DNA of 60,731 nucleotides, counting the filler, from Basidiobolus meristosporus CBS 931.73 (lineage: Eukaryota; Fungi; Basidiobolomycota): NCBI GenBank assembly GCA_002104905.1. It is 5 parts of 5 records of this genome, joined end to end, with 100 filler letters (N's around TTAATTAATTAA, not from the genome) between each part and the next. Parts side by side here need not be neighbours in the genome. Positions count along the whole stretch, not along the records: positions 1 to 14,035 come from MCFE01001190.1; 4 more parts are not named here. One strand, 5' to 3'. The stretch's first letter is position 1, and each line of letters opens with the position of its first letter. Shown here piece after piece: positions 1-13,037 of this stretch. The position numbers were made by a program, and so were the translations under genes. Under the pieces are notes generated by a model. It had not been told where the DNA came from, searched no databases, and worked only from the letters and a program-made list of their open reading frames with translations.

Positions 1-530
1 ATGAATTTGCTAACAATGATAACCCCCAATTGGTCTGCAAGCTTAAAAAGTCTCTAGGTGTCAAACAATCACCAAGAGCCTGGAATTGCAAGATAGGTTC
101 TTATTTGGAATCTTTGAGTTTCAAAAGCAGTAATGCTGAGTATAGTGTATACTATAAGCCAGATAGAGCAAATCCAGTTCTATTAGCTCTGAATGTGGAT
201 GATCTTATTATAGTCACCAATAATCTAGCAATATTGGAAGAGACTAAATCCAGCCAATCTAAGGAGTTCAAGATGTCCAATCTAGGAGAACTCAGCTACT
301 GCTTAGGGATTAAGTTTGCCATAGACAGAAGTACACAGACTATTACCCTAAGCCAATCAAAGTATTTTCAAGATATACTAAGGAAATCCCAAATGGAAGA
401 CTGTAAACCGGCAGCTACCCCAATGGAGACAAACCTCAACTTGGTCAAAACTAAACCAAATCAAGAGAGCTTAGTGCCCTCTGAAACCCTGACTTTCCTT
501 ATCACTCTATGGTAGGCAGTCTGATGTATA
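1..530 (+). pseudogene. Ty1/copia reverse transcriptase fragment (degenerate)
   Basis: ORF 30-515 VCKLKKSL..KQSPRAWN..LNVDDLII..KMSNLGELSYCLGI is a close paralog of 49727-50250; it carries a frameshift and stops. Confidence 0.9.
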
Positions 531-559
531 TCATGTCCAATGAACATCCAGATATCTCA

Positions 560-2384
560 TTCAGTGGGCTAGGATATCATTTTGCCACAGAGAGAACATT
601 CAGAAGTCAGCATGCAATTGCAGCACAGTTGGCAAGCTATTAGCCATTTGCTGGAATATGGAATCAGTTGGAAATCAGACATACTTAAGATAATAGGTAT
701 CTGCTGGAGCAACAACATTCCACTGGGAGCAATGCATTTGTTTTCAATAATATCCCTATACTGAAGACCAAGATGCACATGGGGCATTTCAACCTAAGTG
801 AGCCCATTGAGATATGGAGAAACTTAAAAGAATTGGCAAGATATTACAGAGTATCCACTACCCTAAGTACTTCTCACGGGTGCCAATTAATATTCATATG
901 CATAAGCAACAATACAAATGCAAAGACTGGATGAACTGGATATGTATTTATTCAAGTGGCATTCTGAAGCCATTCCTACCAAGAGTACATTGGAATTATT
1001 GGGTGTCAAATATGGACATTGTAGAATATTTTTCCAGAAGCAGATCACCAATGCCAACCTGATGCATCTACAGCTGTTGGGCAAGGAGTTTGTGACAGGA
1101 CTTGAGCGGCTTTAGTACAAACATAAAGCTGAAAATGTAGATTTTTCACCAACTGTATCCATTCTCTACTCCATCTTGCATGGTGTGTGGAGAATATTGG
1201 GGCTTGCTTGACCTTTTGGGAGTTTCCTATGGAGCGGATGTGTTGGGAGACAGCAAGACAAGTCAAGTTGCAGGTGCTACCATATACCAATCTCATCAAG
1301 AATATTACCTTCAAGTCCATGATGGATGTAATGAGTTGGCACATGAGAGACAGCCAGAAATAGTTGGAAAATACTGAGGACAGATGCACACATGGAGACA
1401 CCTATGCCAATGACATTAAGAAGCTAAGAACACCCAATGTGTCAGTAATCAGTTAAGTAATGCAAAGTTGGGTCAGGTGCAACAAGTAGCTAATCTTTAT
1501 TAAGAGAACTCTACCAAGGTATGCCAGATCTCTCATGGTCACAAGCTAATTTCTACTGCATTCAACAAAGAACTCACACAAACAAGAGCCAAAAGTACCT
1601 ATATAGGGGACTAGAATCCAACAAGGAGAAGCAATATATTGGCTGAGTACCAAGAAGTTCTTTGCGGATATTCAGGAGGCACTCATGGTAGAAGTGGCAA
1701 CAACCAAGCATATGTTTGCAAGATGTATGTGTTACCAGCAGTACAAGGTATATGGCTACTTTGCAAGTATCCAACTAAAAAGCTGTAAAGTTGAGGTGAT
1801 AGAAGTATCTCAATTGCAGCAGGTGTGCATGTTTGTAGAGGTTAGTAAGCAGGAGGCCATAGTTTTTTTTGATTTAAACCATATGTGGAATACCCAAGGT
1901 AGTAGTGGATAGCAAATAAAAAGGGGCAATTCTACAGTGGAATATATGAATTGCACATGGGGAGGTAGAAAAAGGAAATACCATATGGTATATTGGTACA
2001 GTGGCATTATAGAGATCTTGTTGTAGGCCATCATACTGCCATTATAATGCCATCAGAATCTTGCCATGAGGCTGTTAAAATACCATCAAAAACTCTGCCA
2101 TATAACGCAAATGAATGTCCTGGCCAGTAGGATCCACTCAAAGTAGCTGTAGAGCACAATAAGACTGCTACAATGCCATGTAATTATTGTCACATCACTA
2201 ATCAAATCCTGTCAAGTTTTATCACTTTGGCAGTAGAATTAGCAAAGCGCTGTTGTGATCCCATAATAAGATTGTTAAGAGGGCCACTAATTCCAAGCTG
2301 CTGATATTTTGACGGTCTCTAAGCAGGAACCTGATGGCTGATCTGGATTGAATCTACCCGTGGACTAAATTATTTTTCATAGGG
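560..2384 (+). mobile_element. CACTA-like (CMC superfamily) transposase relic ending at a terminal repeat
   Basis: ORF 814-1062 SIHYPKYFSRVPINIHMHKQQYKCKDWMNWICIYSSGIL resembles the Transposase_21/DUF4218 region. The right end reads CCCTATGAAAAATAAT on the minus strand and ends at 2384. Confidence 0.7.
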
Positions 2385-2679
2385 TTATATAATAGCGTTA
2401 CATTGTCAAACTGTTTGCCCATAGACAAGACTACTTTGAATCAATACTGTAAGAGTAGAGAAAAAGGATTATATGGCTATTACAGCAAGTCTCTCAGACA
2501 CAAAGGACACAGCCAGCATAGGAAGTATTACAAGGATCACGGCCAGTGTCTTGGCACACAATTCATATTTGACCATTCACCAAGTACTACTGTACCACCA
2601 ATACCCTGAGGAAAATTGCAGTGGTGCTCCTAACAAAAGGCTGTCAGAGATTCTCAGTCACATAGCTAAGAGGTACTAA

Positions 2680-5600
2680 ATCCATCAGGACACTGTGCAA
2701 ACACCATCAAAAAATAATGGCACCCCAGATATCATAAAAAACTTGGTCAAATTTTCATCACAACTATACAAAAGTGGCTTTTGATTGGTTTTCTGCCAAT
2801 TTTCTCATTCCCTGATCCTGGACACTTTAACTTCCAACATTTGTGTGTATTGATTAGCTATTGCCTCTTTTTCACACTTCTTACTACCTGACTCAACCGC
2901 TTCTCTTATTTTTCATTCATACAAATTTATTTATTTCTGTTGAAACTTCAATTGTACATCACTTGCCAATTGTATTGACCTATCCAAGTCCTTATATGCT
3001 ACACTAACATTAACCCCAAACCCACACTGAACAAGTAACTCCATTAAGAACCCACCACTCACTAAGTATTTCTGCTGTAACGCTCTGTTTCCACTGCATT
3101 AGCCAGAGCCCTATGGCTTTATGCCATTGATCATTTGCAGGTTCCCATACACCCTGACCTTCAGCTAGCACTGCAAGGTCTAGCTTCTCATCTGCCAGTC
3201 TGCAAGAAGTCTATGCAATATGCAAGTGAATTTTCTTAAGCACTGCTCTTGAAGAAGTGCCTCAGCTTCTTGGTGTGCCTATAAGTGTTCCAAATTTCAC
3301 TAAAGGCAATGTGATAACCTTTTGAGTTATTGACATTGTTACTTTTTCTGTCAATGGGATCCACACTCTGTCACAATGGAAGATGTGGAGGCTGTGGCAG
3401 ACAAATTGCCTTTCTCTGCAAAATCATTTACCCAATGGAGTGTAGCTACACTGGCTACATGTCCAACTCATGTGAGAGCAGCTGTTTTTGTTGTAAAAAT
3501 TCGTATTTCCACCTAAATATTCACCTAACTTAGTCACTTAGATCATCACCTTCAAATTCTAGAGAATACTGACCAAATTCCTTGTTGGGATTTACTTAGA
3601 ATATTATCACCAAAATACCAGGTACCCAGAACATGAAAATTCTCAAAGTTGTCCAAACAGCCCCAAACTTTGCACACATGTTCTTGGGACCTTCCTTAAC
3701 CTATTCTACATGTTTGTAATGCCAAGATCAGGTAAAAGTATAAATACTACTTTTAATTCAATGAATCATTAAGTGAAAACCACACAATCTACTTGTTCTC
3801 CCAATCACTTCCAATATCTCCAAGACTCTTACAACAGTTTTCTTGTTGATAATTTGTCTGGCTAGGATGGTATTGAGTCTATTCTGGGCTTACAGCTTCA
3901 ATTGGCAAGAACTGCAACCTTTTTCTCATGCTTCCCTGACTCTGGCTTGTGTAGACTGTTTCCCCTTTACCTTGCCCTTTTTCTCTGCCAAGTCTTTCAC
4001 TGCTACTTTGTATGAGTACCTCTAGTATTGAACCACATTTTCTCCATGATAAATGCTGCTCTAGTGCATCTTTCTTGGCCTGCTTGATCCTTGCTGGCAC
4101 TCTGCAGGCAACCTGACACTTCTTTCCTGCTTGTTTCAGGCTTGCAGCTGTTGCTGTGACAGGTTCCTTAGAGTTCCACTTATTTTTATCACTGCCAGAT
4201 CCTTCACTGTTACTATGACTGAGTGCTTCTTGAGTAGAACTATGCTTTTTCCATGGTAAATGTTGCGCTGCTGCATCTGTGCTAGCATACCAATGCTGGT
4301 GCAAAAACTGTTTGCTTTTTTGAGCTCAGGATAATTCTCATGGAGCAAGTCAAGTGTATTCTGCATTCAGCTTGGCCTTGAGTTCCAGATGGTCTCATGG
4401 TATGCCAGCCTTAAGGTGTTGGCGTGCTAGACTTCTAATTGCCTCTTGAATATTAGCCCACTCTTGATCATTACACTCAAAAGCTTCTACACCTGGAAAT
4501 ATTAATTGCTCTATACCATTTATTCACTCATCCTGCTTCTAGACTATTTCCTGATTTCTCTGAGCCATTGCATCTATCCAATTAGCCACAGCACCAAGGG
4601 CCTCATTAATACTTAGATATGAGCTGACAACATGCTTGCTAATACAGTTGGTGGTGAGGTTATGATGGCCACTTGCTGGTTGCCAACTGAAGGTACTGCT
4701 TTTGCTACATTCTCATTTTCCTCAGCAATATGGTCAGCTAGCTTCTCTGCACAGATTCCCAATTGCCTACTTGATAGAGAGCCTGAGGGGTCTGCATTAT
4801 TCCCTTCAGTGGGCACACTGTCCACAGGCCTTATTTGGTTATAGCCCCACTTGTTACACTGAATGTTAAAGGAAGCTGTTGTCCAACTTTTCTTTGGCTG
4901 TTATCAGCAGTGGGGCTTGGTTGGGAACCAGACAACTTTGCATCATTTTTTGGCAGCATATATATATAAATCAGTCAAACCAAAAGGGAAATGGTGCTAC
5001 ATATACATGTGTATGCGGTGCCACAACTTTATTAATAATGCTTACAATGGCAGGTCATCATTGGATCTTACATTCATGTAGGTGTGATGACTTAAATACA
5101 AGCCTGTCTTAAATTTGCATGAGTAGTAATAAAAAAGTGGTATAATAGCATAATGTTGTTGAGTGGCAAACTTTTTGCACATGGACAAGATTACTTTGAT
5201 TTGATGCTGTAAGAGAAGAGAAAAAAGACCATGCAGCTATTGTAGCAAGCCTCTCAGTCACAAAGCATGCAGACAGCATAGGAAGTATTACAAGGATCAT
5301 AGCCAGTGTTTTGGCACACAAGTGATATTTGACCAATAACCAGTCACTACTGTACCAACAATATCTTGCTAGCCTCTTGATACTTCTTTAATGGCATCTA
5401 GCTGTACTTGTCACCTTGCAGAAAGTGAGTCAGGAAAGTTTGTGACACCTTTGGGCTCACTCCAGCTTTCTGAATATGGCATGCAGAGTGATGGCTATGA
5501 AGAAGCAGGCTCACTGATGCATTGTGAGCCTATCTTCCCTCACAACATTACCCTGCATGAGCCTGGCAAGATACCATTATGTAATATGACAACACCTGTG

Positions 5601-7180
5601 GAAAAAAATGCCAAAGATACCTTATGGAGTCAAGTGAGCCCAGCAATCCATCTATTGGTAATTGATGTGATGTTTTAGCTACAGAAGTGGTGCATTACCA
5701 CTGATATCAGTAATGGGGGCTTTGAGGATCTACTACTGCTTCTTGACAAAATCATCCCAGGATGCATCCAACCATGTACATGGTATAAATGGAAAACTGT
5801 CATGCAGCTGGCAACATATGACCCAGAGACCATCCTGATACCAGCATATTTCAACAGTTGCACGGTGTTCACATGAGAAAAGCCACCATTGCAAGGTGCC
5901 CAATTTGTCAGGAATCCACCACCAATGGGGGGAAACATTGTTCACACTCTGGATATTTTCCATTAATACCTTATACAAAGAAGCTCATGCAGACCAACAA
6001 ATACTGTGAGATTATAAAGTATTACACTCAGTATCAATCAAGTGCAAATATATCAGATATATTTGATGGCAAACATTACAACAGCTAAGAAGCAAGGGCT
6101 ACTTTAAAGGTATGTATGCCAGTGCCTTTGCCTTGGCACTAGATGAACTATCATTAAACAAGGACTCTACCAGCAAATTCTGCTGGCCACTGATTATTAT
6201 CAACCTGAATCTGCTACCTAACTTGTGGTACCAGAGCCAAAATCTGATTGTAGTTTGACTGATATCAGGGCCTAAATCACAGACCTTGTTCAGCAACTGT
6301 ATCCATTCTCTACTCCATCTTGCATGGTGTGTGGAGAATATTGGGCCTTGCTTGACCTTTTGGGAGTTTCCTATGGAGCGGATGAGTGGGGAGATAGGAA
6401 GACAAGTCAGGTTTCAGGTACTACTATATCCCAATCTTATTACAAATATTACCCTCAAGTCTGTCACTAGAATCCAGCAGGGAGAAGGAGTATTATGGCT
6501 GAACACCAAGAAATTCTTTGAAGATATTCAGGAGGTATCAAAGGCAGAAGTGGTGGCCAGTAAGCATATGTATGCCAGATGTGTATGTTATTAGCAATAC
6601 AAGATATATGGTAACTTTGCAAGCATTGCACTAAAAGGTTGTCAAGTTGAGGTGATAGAAGTATGTCAATTGTGGTAGGTTTGTGCATTTGCAGAGGCTA
6701 GTAAGCAGGAGGCCATATTACTTTTTGATTCAAACTATATGTGGTATACCCAAAGTAGTTGTGGGTAAGCAAATAAAGGGGGGTGATATTACAGTGGAAT
6801 ACATGAATTGTGTAAGGGGAGGTAGAAAAAGAAAATATCATTTGGTAAATTGATATGGTAGCATTATATAGAACTAGCTTTAGGCACCCTTACTGCTGTG
6901 ATAATGCTATCAGAGGCTTCCAAAGAGGCCATCAAAACACTGTCAAGTCTTTTGCCATATAAGACAATTGGATGTACTGGCTGATTAGATCCACTCAAAT
7001 AGTTGTAAAGTGCACTAATACTGCAACAATTTCATGCTACCCTTAGCAAAACACTGTACAAATACCATTTAATTTAACAACTTTATATTGCTGTAAAATT
7101 TCCAAAACACAGTTGTGATCTCATCACAAGATTGTGTCAATGGTCATTAGTTCCAAGCTACTGGTATTATGGCAGTCTCC
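2680..7180. mobile_element. CACTA-like element copy: degenerate accessory ORF (minus, ~2700-4850) divergent from transposase relic (plus, ~5150-7100)
   Basis: Fragments HCPICQES..ISDIFDGKHY (5858-6088) and CIHSLLHLAWCVENIGPCLTFWEFPMERMSGEIGRQV (6286-6594) are typical CACTA transposase motifs. The minus-strand segment recurs at 8000-8650, 9830-11000, 21300-22000 and 42340-43100. Confidence 0.7.
3489..3836 (+). mobile_element. Solo LTR of the copia family (348 bp)
   Basis: TGTTG...CAACA termini; 5-bp TSD GTTTT on both sides; colinear with LTR 45742-46089. Confidence 0.92.
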
Positions 7181-7209
7181 TGATGGGATCAGTTGCCACA
7201 GCTGTATGC

Positions 7210-7990
7210 CTTGAAAGTAAGAGTTGTGACAGAACACTTTGTGAATCTACTCCAGTTGAGGTATAGTATGGATTCAAACCCAGTGCAAAACATTCAAAAA
7301 TAATTAGTTGTAACACATTTGCCAAGAAACTGTCCAGATATCAAGTATATATGACTCAAGAAGTGTAAAATACATATTTTGGGCTACTGCAATGAGAGTA
7401 AGGTATCAAGACCCTGCAACACCAAAGCAAAAAAGAACATGAAGTTCAGGGATGTATTATCTGATAAAAATTAGTAATATTGACAGAAAAATAACTTCAG
7501 ATGATGACTACTATGTGATCTTAAGTCCACCAATAGAGAGCTTTGAATCAGAGTAAAGCAATGCAATTCTTCACTATAGAGGACTCTACTGCCACGGTTC
7601 AGCCAAGATCAGTGCCTAGGAAAATTGCAGAAGTGATCATTCCAGTATCATAAACCAGGTGATCCAACTGAATCCAGAATAGCTCAGATTGCAACATCAA
7701 TGAGGGCACAAACTTAGCCTATTGCTATTCAGTGCATATAGCTGGGCCTCAGACTGATTGGGGACAGAACTTAGAAGACAGAAGATCCAACACAGAAAAA
7801 ACCTTTCTTTACTGTACAGGAGCAATTTCCTGGAACCCATGAAAGCAACCAGCCATTGCACTTTTCGCCACAGAGGCTGAGTATATGGCAGCCTGTGAGG
7901 CTACAAAAGAAGTATGGTGACTAAGGAAGCTGTTTACAAATTTACAATTAAGTCAAAAAATGACTATTATATTATATCAAGATAATCAAG
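7210..7990 (+). pseudogene. Internally deleted copia pol relic (integrase tail to RNase H)
   Basis: Patchwise similarity to 48700-50650, e.g. GGGCTACTGCAATGAGAGTAAGG and GCAGCCTGTGAGGCTACAAAAGAAG. Confidence 0.8.
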
Positions 7991-8679
7991 CCCTATGAGA
8001 AGTTATTATGATGGACCCATCAGAAGCCCATAATAAATTCCAAGTCCTGTAACAAAGAGCTGTTGATCCCATCAGGACACTGAACAAAGACTGTCAAAAA
8101 ATAATTACACCCCAGCATTGAAAAAAAACATAGTCAAAGATTTTTGTCACAATGATATGAAAGTGGCTTTTGATTGGTTCTCTGTCAATCTTCTCACTTC
8201 CTGATCCCAGACACCCTATAACCTCCTACACTTGTGTACATTGATTGGCTATTGCCTCTTTTTTACACTTCTTACTACCTGACTCAACTGTTGCTCTGAT
8301 TTTTCAAGCATAGAAATTGATTTATTTCTGCCAAAACTTCAGTTGTACCTCAATTGCCAATTGTATTGGCCTATACAGTCCCTATATGGTACACAAACCT
8401 TAAGCCCAACCCCACACTCAACAAGTAAGTCCATTAAGATCCACAACTCAATAAGTATTTCTGCAGCAATGCTCTGTTTCCATGACTTTGGCAGGAACCC
8501 TATGGCTTAATGCCATTGTTCATTCACTGGTTCCCATACATCCTGGTCTTCTGCCAGCACTGCAAGGTTTAGGACCTCATCTGCCAGTCTTTGCAATAAA
8601 TCCTTGCAATATTCAAGTGTGTGTTCCAGAGTACTGCTGCTGAAGAAGTGCAGCAACCTATTGGTGTGCCAATTAATAT
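7991..8679. mobile_element. CACTA-like terminus (CCCTATGAGAAGTTATT) plus accessory-gene fragment inserted into the copia relic
   Basis: The copia sequence stops at GATAATCAAG and is followed directly by CCCTATG; the downstream part matches 2690-3300. Confidence 0.6.
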
Positions 8680-11028
8680 CCCTACACAAAATAATCTGGT
8701 CCCATTGGTGGATCCAATCCAGATCAGCGATTAGAATCCCATTTGGAGACCATCATAATACCAGCAGCTAGGAATTAGTGACCCTCTTAACAATCTAATG
8801 ATGGGATCACAATGGCACCTACCATATCAGTTAACCAAATGGTATTTCCTTTTTTACCACCTCTTGTTCCATTCATATATTCCACTGTAGAATCACACCT
8901 CTTTATTTGCTTACACACCACTACTTTGGGTATTCTGCATAAAGTTAGAGTCAAAAAAACCATGGCCTCCTGCTGACTAACCTCTACAAATGCACACACA
9001 TGCTGCAATTGACATACTTCTATCACTTCAACTCTATGGTATTTTAGTGTGATACTTGCAAAGTTGCCATATACTGTTTACTGCTGGTAACATATACATC
9101 TTGCAAACATATGCATGGTTGTTGCCACTTATATGATGAGTACTTTCTGAATATTTGCAAAGAACTTTTTGGTATTTAGCCAATATATTCCTTCTCCCTG
9201 CTGCATCCTAGTCCCACTTATAGGTGTGCTCTGGTGCTTGTTTGTGTGAATTCTGCATTAAATAGTCCAGAAGTTGGCTTGTGACTATGAGATACCAGCA
9301 TACCTTGCCACCTCTTCCTGGCTGTCCTCCATGTGTCAACTCATCACATGCATGATGGACTTGAAGGTAATATTCTTAATGAAACTGTGATATGGTGGTA
9401 CCCGCAACTTGACTTGTCTTTCCATCTTCCCATACAACTGCTCCATAGGAAGCTCCCAAAAGGTGAAATAAAGTCAAATATTCTTTACACAGCAAGCAAG
9501 ATAGAGTACAGAATGGATTCAGTAGCGGATGATAACTACACATTCAGCTTTATGTTTGTAATACAGCCACTCAAATGATATTACAAACTCCTTGCACAAC
9601 TGCTGCTTATGCATAAGCTGGCATTGGTGATTTGCTTGTGGATAAATAATTCATCAATGTCCACATATGACATTCAATGATTCCAATGCACTGTTGGTAG
9701 AAATTGCTTCAGAATGCCACTTGTATAAATACATATCCAGTTCATCCATTCTTTGCAATTGTATTGTTCTATATGGGTATAAATAATGATTAAAGCCCAT
9801 AAGAAGTGCTTGGGGGAGCTCTCCTAACTACAGTTGAGAGCTCAAAACCAGCAGGAAAGAAGCATCAGGTTGCCAGAAGAGTGCCAACAAGGGACAAGCA
9901 GGCTTAAACAGATGAGTCAGAGCAGAATTTATTAAGGAGAAAACATAGTTCATTACAAGAAGCACTCAGACAAAGTAGCAGTGAAAGACTTGACTTTGAT
10001 AACAGAAAAGGTAAAGGGGTAAATGTCTACCCAAGCATGAGACAGGGAAGCATGCAAAAAAACTGCAGTTCTGGCCAGTTAACACCGCAAGCCTAGAACA
10101 GACTGAATCCCATCATTCCCAAGAAGTATTGCCAACAAGAAAACAGCTGTTTTCACAAGAGTTGGAAGTGCAGCCAGTTGAGCTACACTCCAGTAAGGTA
10201 GATGAGATTGCAGAAAAAGGCAATTTGTCTACCACATCCTTCACATCCTCCATTGTTGACAGAGTGGAGATACCACTGACAGACAAGGCTACAATATCAA
10301 GAACTCAAAAGACTATCATGATGCCTTCAGTGGGGTTTTGGAACATTACTAGGCACACCAAGAGGTTGCAGCACTTCAAGAACAGTGCTCAAGAAGACAC
10401 ACTTGAATATTGCAACAATCTATTGTAATGACTGGAAGAGGAGGTGCTAGACCTAACAGTGCCAGCTGAAGACCAGGCCATGTGGAAACCAGTGAACAAA
10501 CAGTAGCATAAAGCTACTGGGTTCCTGCCAAGTCATAGAATCAGAGTGTCTCAGCAGAAATACATATTCAGTGGTAAATTTTAATGGGGTTACTTGTTGA
10601 GTGTGGGGTTGGGCCTAATGTTAGTGTAGGGTATAGGGACTTGCATTGGTCAGTACAATTGGCAATGGAGGTATAACTGAAGCTTCAACAGAAATAAGTT
10701 AATTTGTATGTGTGAAAAGTAAGAGAAATGGTTGTATCAGGAAGTAAGGAGTGTGAAAAAGAGGCAATAGCCAATCAATGCACACAAATGTAGGAGGTGA
10801 TAGAGTGTCCCAAATCAGAAAGTGAGCATATTGGCAGGGAACCAATCAACATCTACTCATATATTGTTGTGATGAATAATTTTGACTAAATCTTTGGTGA
10901 AATCTGGGGTGTAATTATTTATCAGCAGTCTCTGGACTGTGTCATAACTGCATCAGTGTCTCTTAGTCATGGGGCTTTAGATCTGTGATGGCCTTTTGAT
11001 GGGATCATTACAATAGCTTTTCATAGTG
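8680..11028 (-). mobile_element. Internally deleted CACTA-like copy in reverse orientation with both termini
   Basis: Left end CCCTACACAAAATAAT; right end reads CACTATGAAAAGCTATT on the minus strand. Transposase 3' part lies at 8700-9830 (minus) and accessory region at 9830-11000. No TSD is recognisable. Confidence 0.6.
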
Positions 11029-11567
11029 AAATGTCATAGCCCTTTTGAGTGTAGTTCACTTAAGGCACTGAATGTCAAAGTAAACAGCTGTGCAACCATT
11101 CTTCTATTATTGTCTGCAGTAGGGTTTAGTTGGGAACCCAATAGCATTGCCTTATGTTTTGGCAGCAAATAAAAGGAGGTTTCAAATGTGGTAATTCTAC
11201 CTAAATACTCACCCAACACAGTCCCTTAAATCAATGCAAATAAATCTTGGAGAACACCTTTCCTACAAAAAATAATTTGGTCCCATGGGTGGATCTAATT
11301 TGAATCAACCATCAAGTTCCCAAAATGAAGCTGCCATAATGCCTGCAGCTTTAAGCTATTGAAACTCCTTATGATCTTATGATGGGATTGTGATGGTGTT
11401 TTGCCAAATCTACTGCTTGATAGGCTAGGAAACTTAACACTACTATAATGGTCCTGCATTGATATTTTTACATGCACTACTCAATTCTATGGCAGCCTAC
11501 ATATGTTTCAGAGGACTTGGCCATCTTGTACATGCAGTAACCATATTTGACAAAACTGATCAGTAAT

Positions 11568-12696
11568 TGTGGTGCAAAAGTTCATAATTGAACCTAAATA
11601 CTCACACCACTTAGTAACTTGGATCATTACCTACCAGGTCTTAGAGTATATTGATGGAATCCCTTGTTGGGACTTAACTTGAATAAATTCACCAAAGTAA
11701 CATGTACTCAGAGTATAGAAATTGTCAAAGTTGTCCAAACAGCCCCAAACCTTTTGCACATCTTCCTGAGTACTTCCTAAGCCTATTCTAAGAGCTTGTT
11801 AGGTCACAATCAGGTATATGTGTAGATACCAATCTTACAATTAGTAAATCATTGAGTGAAAATCACATATTCAACTTGTTCTCCTAGTCACTTCCAATAT
11901 CTCCAAGACTTGGCAACTAGCTATGGGTCTCCTGCTGTCACTCTCTGCAAAGTTTCCAACCACTCTTTCTAGAACTTTTCTCTCTGCTAAGAAGTTTGAT
12001 GGATCTATAAATTATAAATAAGGGAGAGGAAGCCTTGAAGTACCATAAGAGAGAGCAAAGTGCCTTCAACTGTATTTTCCTTAATGTAAAAGACAAATTA
12101 CTTAGTCAGAGCTCAACAGCATAAATAGCAAAGAAGGTAAGGGAGACATACATAGACATGAACCAGTTATGCTAAGCTGCTAACAAAATGTATCCTAGAC
12201 AAAGATTCTTCACTACAGAGATGCCAGCAGGAGTAGAAATGAAGAATCTGATTTAGAGAATTATCCTGCTAGTGGATGAGATGAAATCTGCCAGCATACC
12301 AACTACTGATGAGAATGTGATAGCTGCCATCCTGAATAGCCTGGCAGGCATGTTTCAGGGTCTTGTATCAGCTCTCAAGTCCAGAACTCAAGATCTACCT
12401 TAAAATACTTCTATGGAAGGCTCCTGGATGAAGAATTAAGTAATCAAGTAACACAAAAAGGAAAAAGAAAATGCTTGAATAGTCAGTGATGACAAAAAAA
12501 AAGATATTCAAGACCCTCTAAAGGCAATAGAAGCCTCTTTTGCCATTACTGCAAAAGTAAAGGATACACATCAGAATGGTTATTCATAAAGAGAGGTGTT
12601 CAGCCAAACAAGCCTGAATATGAAAATGCTGCAGCAACCAAAGACAAACTATTTATATCTTCCCTATGAACAACCACAAACAAGGACTCTCAGATG
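11568..12696 (+). mobile_element. Degenerate copia 5' LTR, PBS and gag relic
   Basis: LTR similar to 45742-46089; decayed PBS GCTATGGGTCTCC near 11920; gag remnant colinear with 46120-46830. Confidence 0.75.
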
Positions 12697-13037
12697 TGAT
12701 GTCATGCAATAACATTCAAAACTTGGCAAATTTTACTCCATTTCAAAATCTATCACCCTCATTGATTTTCCCTAATCCAAATATAACTCATCGCCCACAT
12801 GGTGTGTTTTGTTCCATCTCAGATTCTGATATTAGCTATCACTACTGATCAAATTTCATGTGTTCATTACATCCCCAATCTGGTCTGTTTAGCCCTTCCA
12901 GGTGATTAGTCATCTACAATCTATCCAACCACTTAGCAGCTATCAGGACATCAGCTGATTGATGATGCAAGTTTTGTTTTCTTTATGCACCTATCAACAC
13001 CCAAGCTGATTTAAATCAATCCAGTCCCTGGGCACAT
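12697..13037 (+). mobile_element. Partial LTR of the 699-bp family
   Basis: Colinear with the reverse complement of ~37720-38072, e.g. GTGATTAGTCATCT..TCCAACCACTTAG..GACATCAGCTGATT. Confidence 0.7.

Noticed and set aside
5109-5336. Hydrophobic minus-strand ORF recurring at 43019-43306, resembling a small membrane protein
   Set aside because: It is the antisense shadow of the transposase N-terminus (CGYCSKPLSHK..HRKY-like on the plus strand); recurrence reflects repeat copy number.
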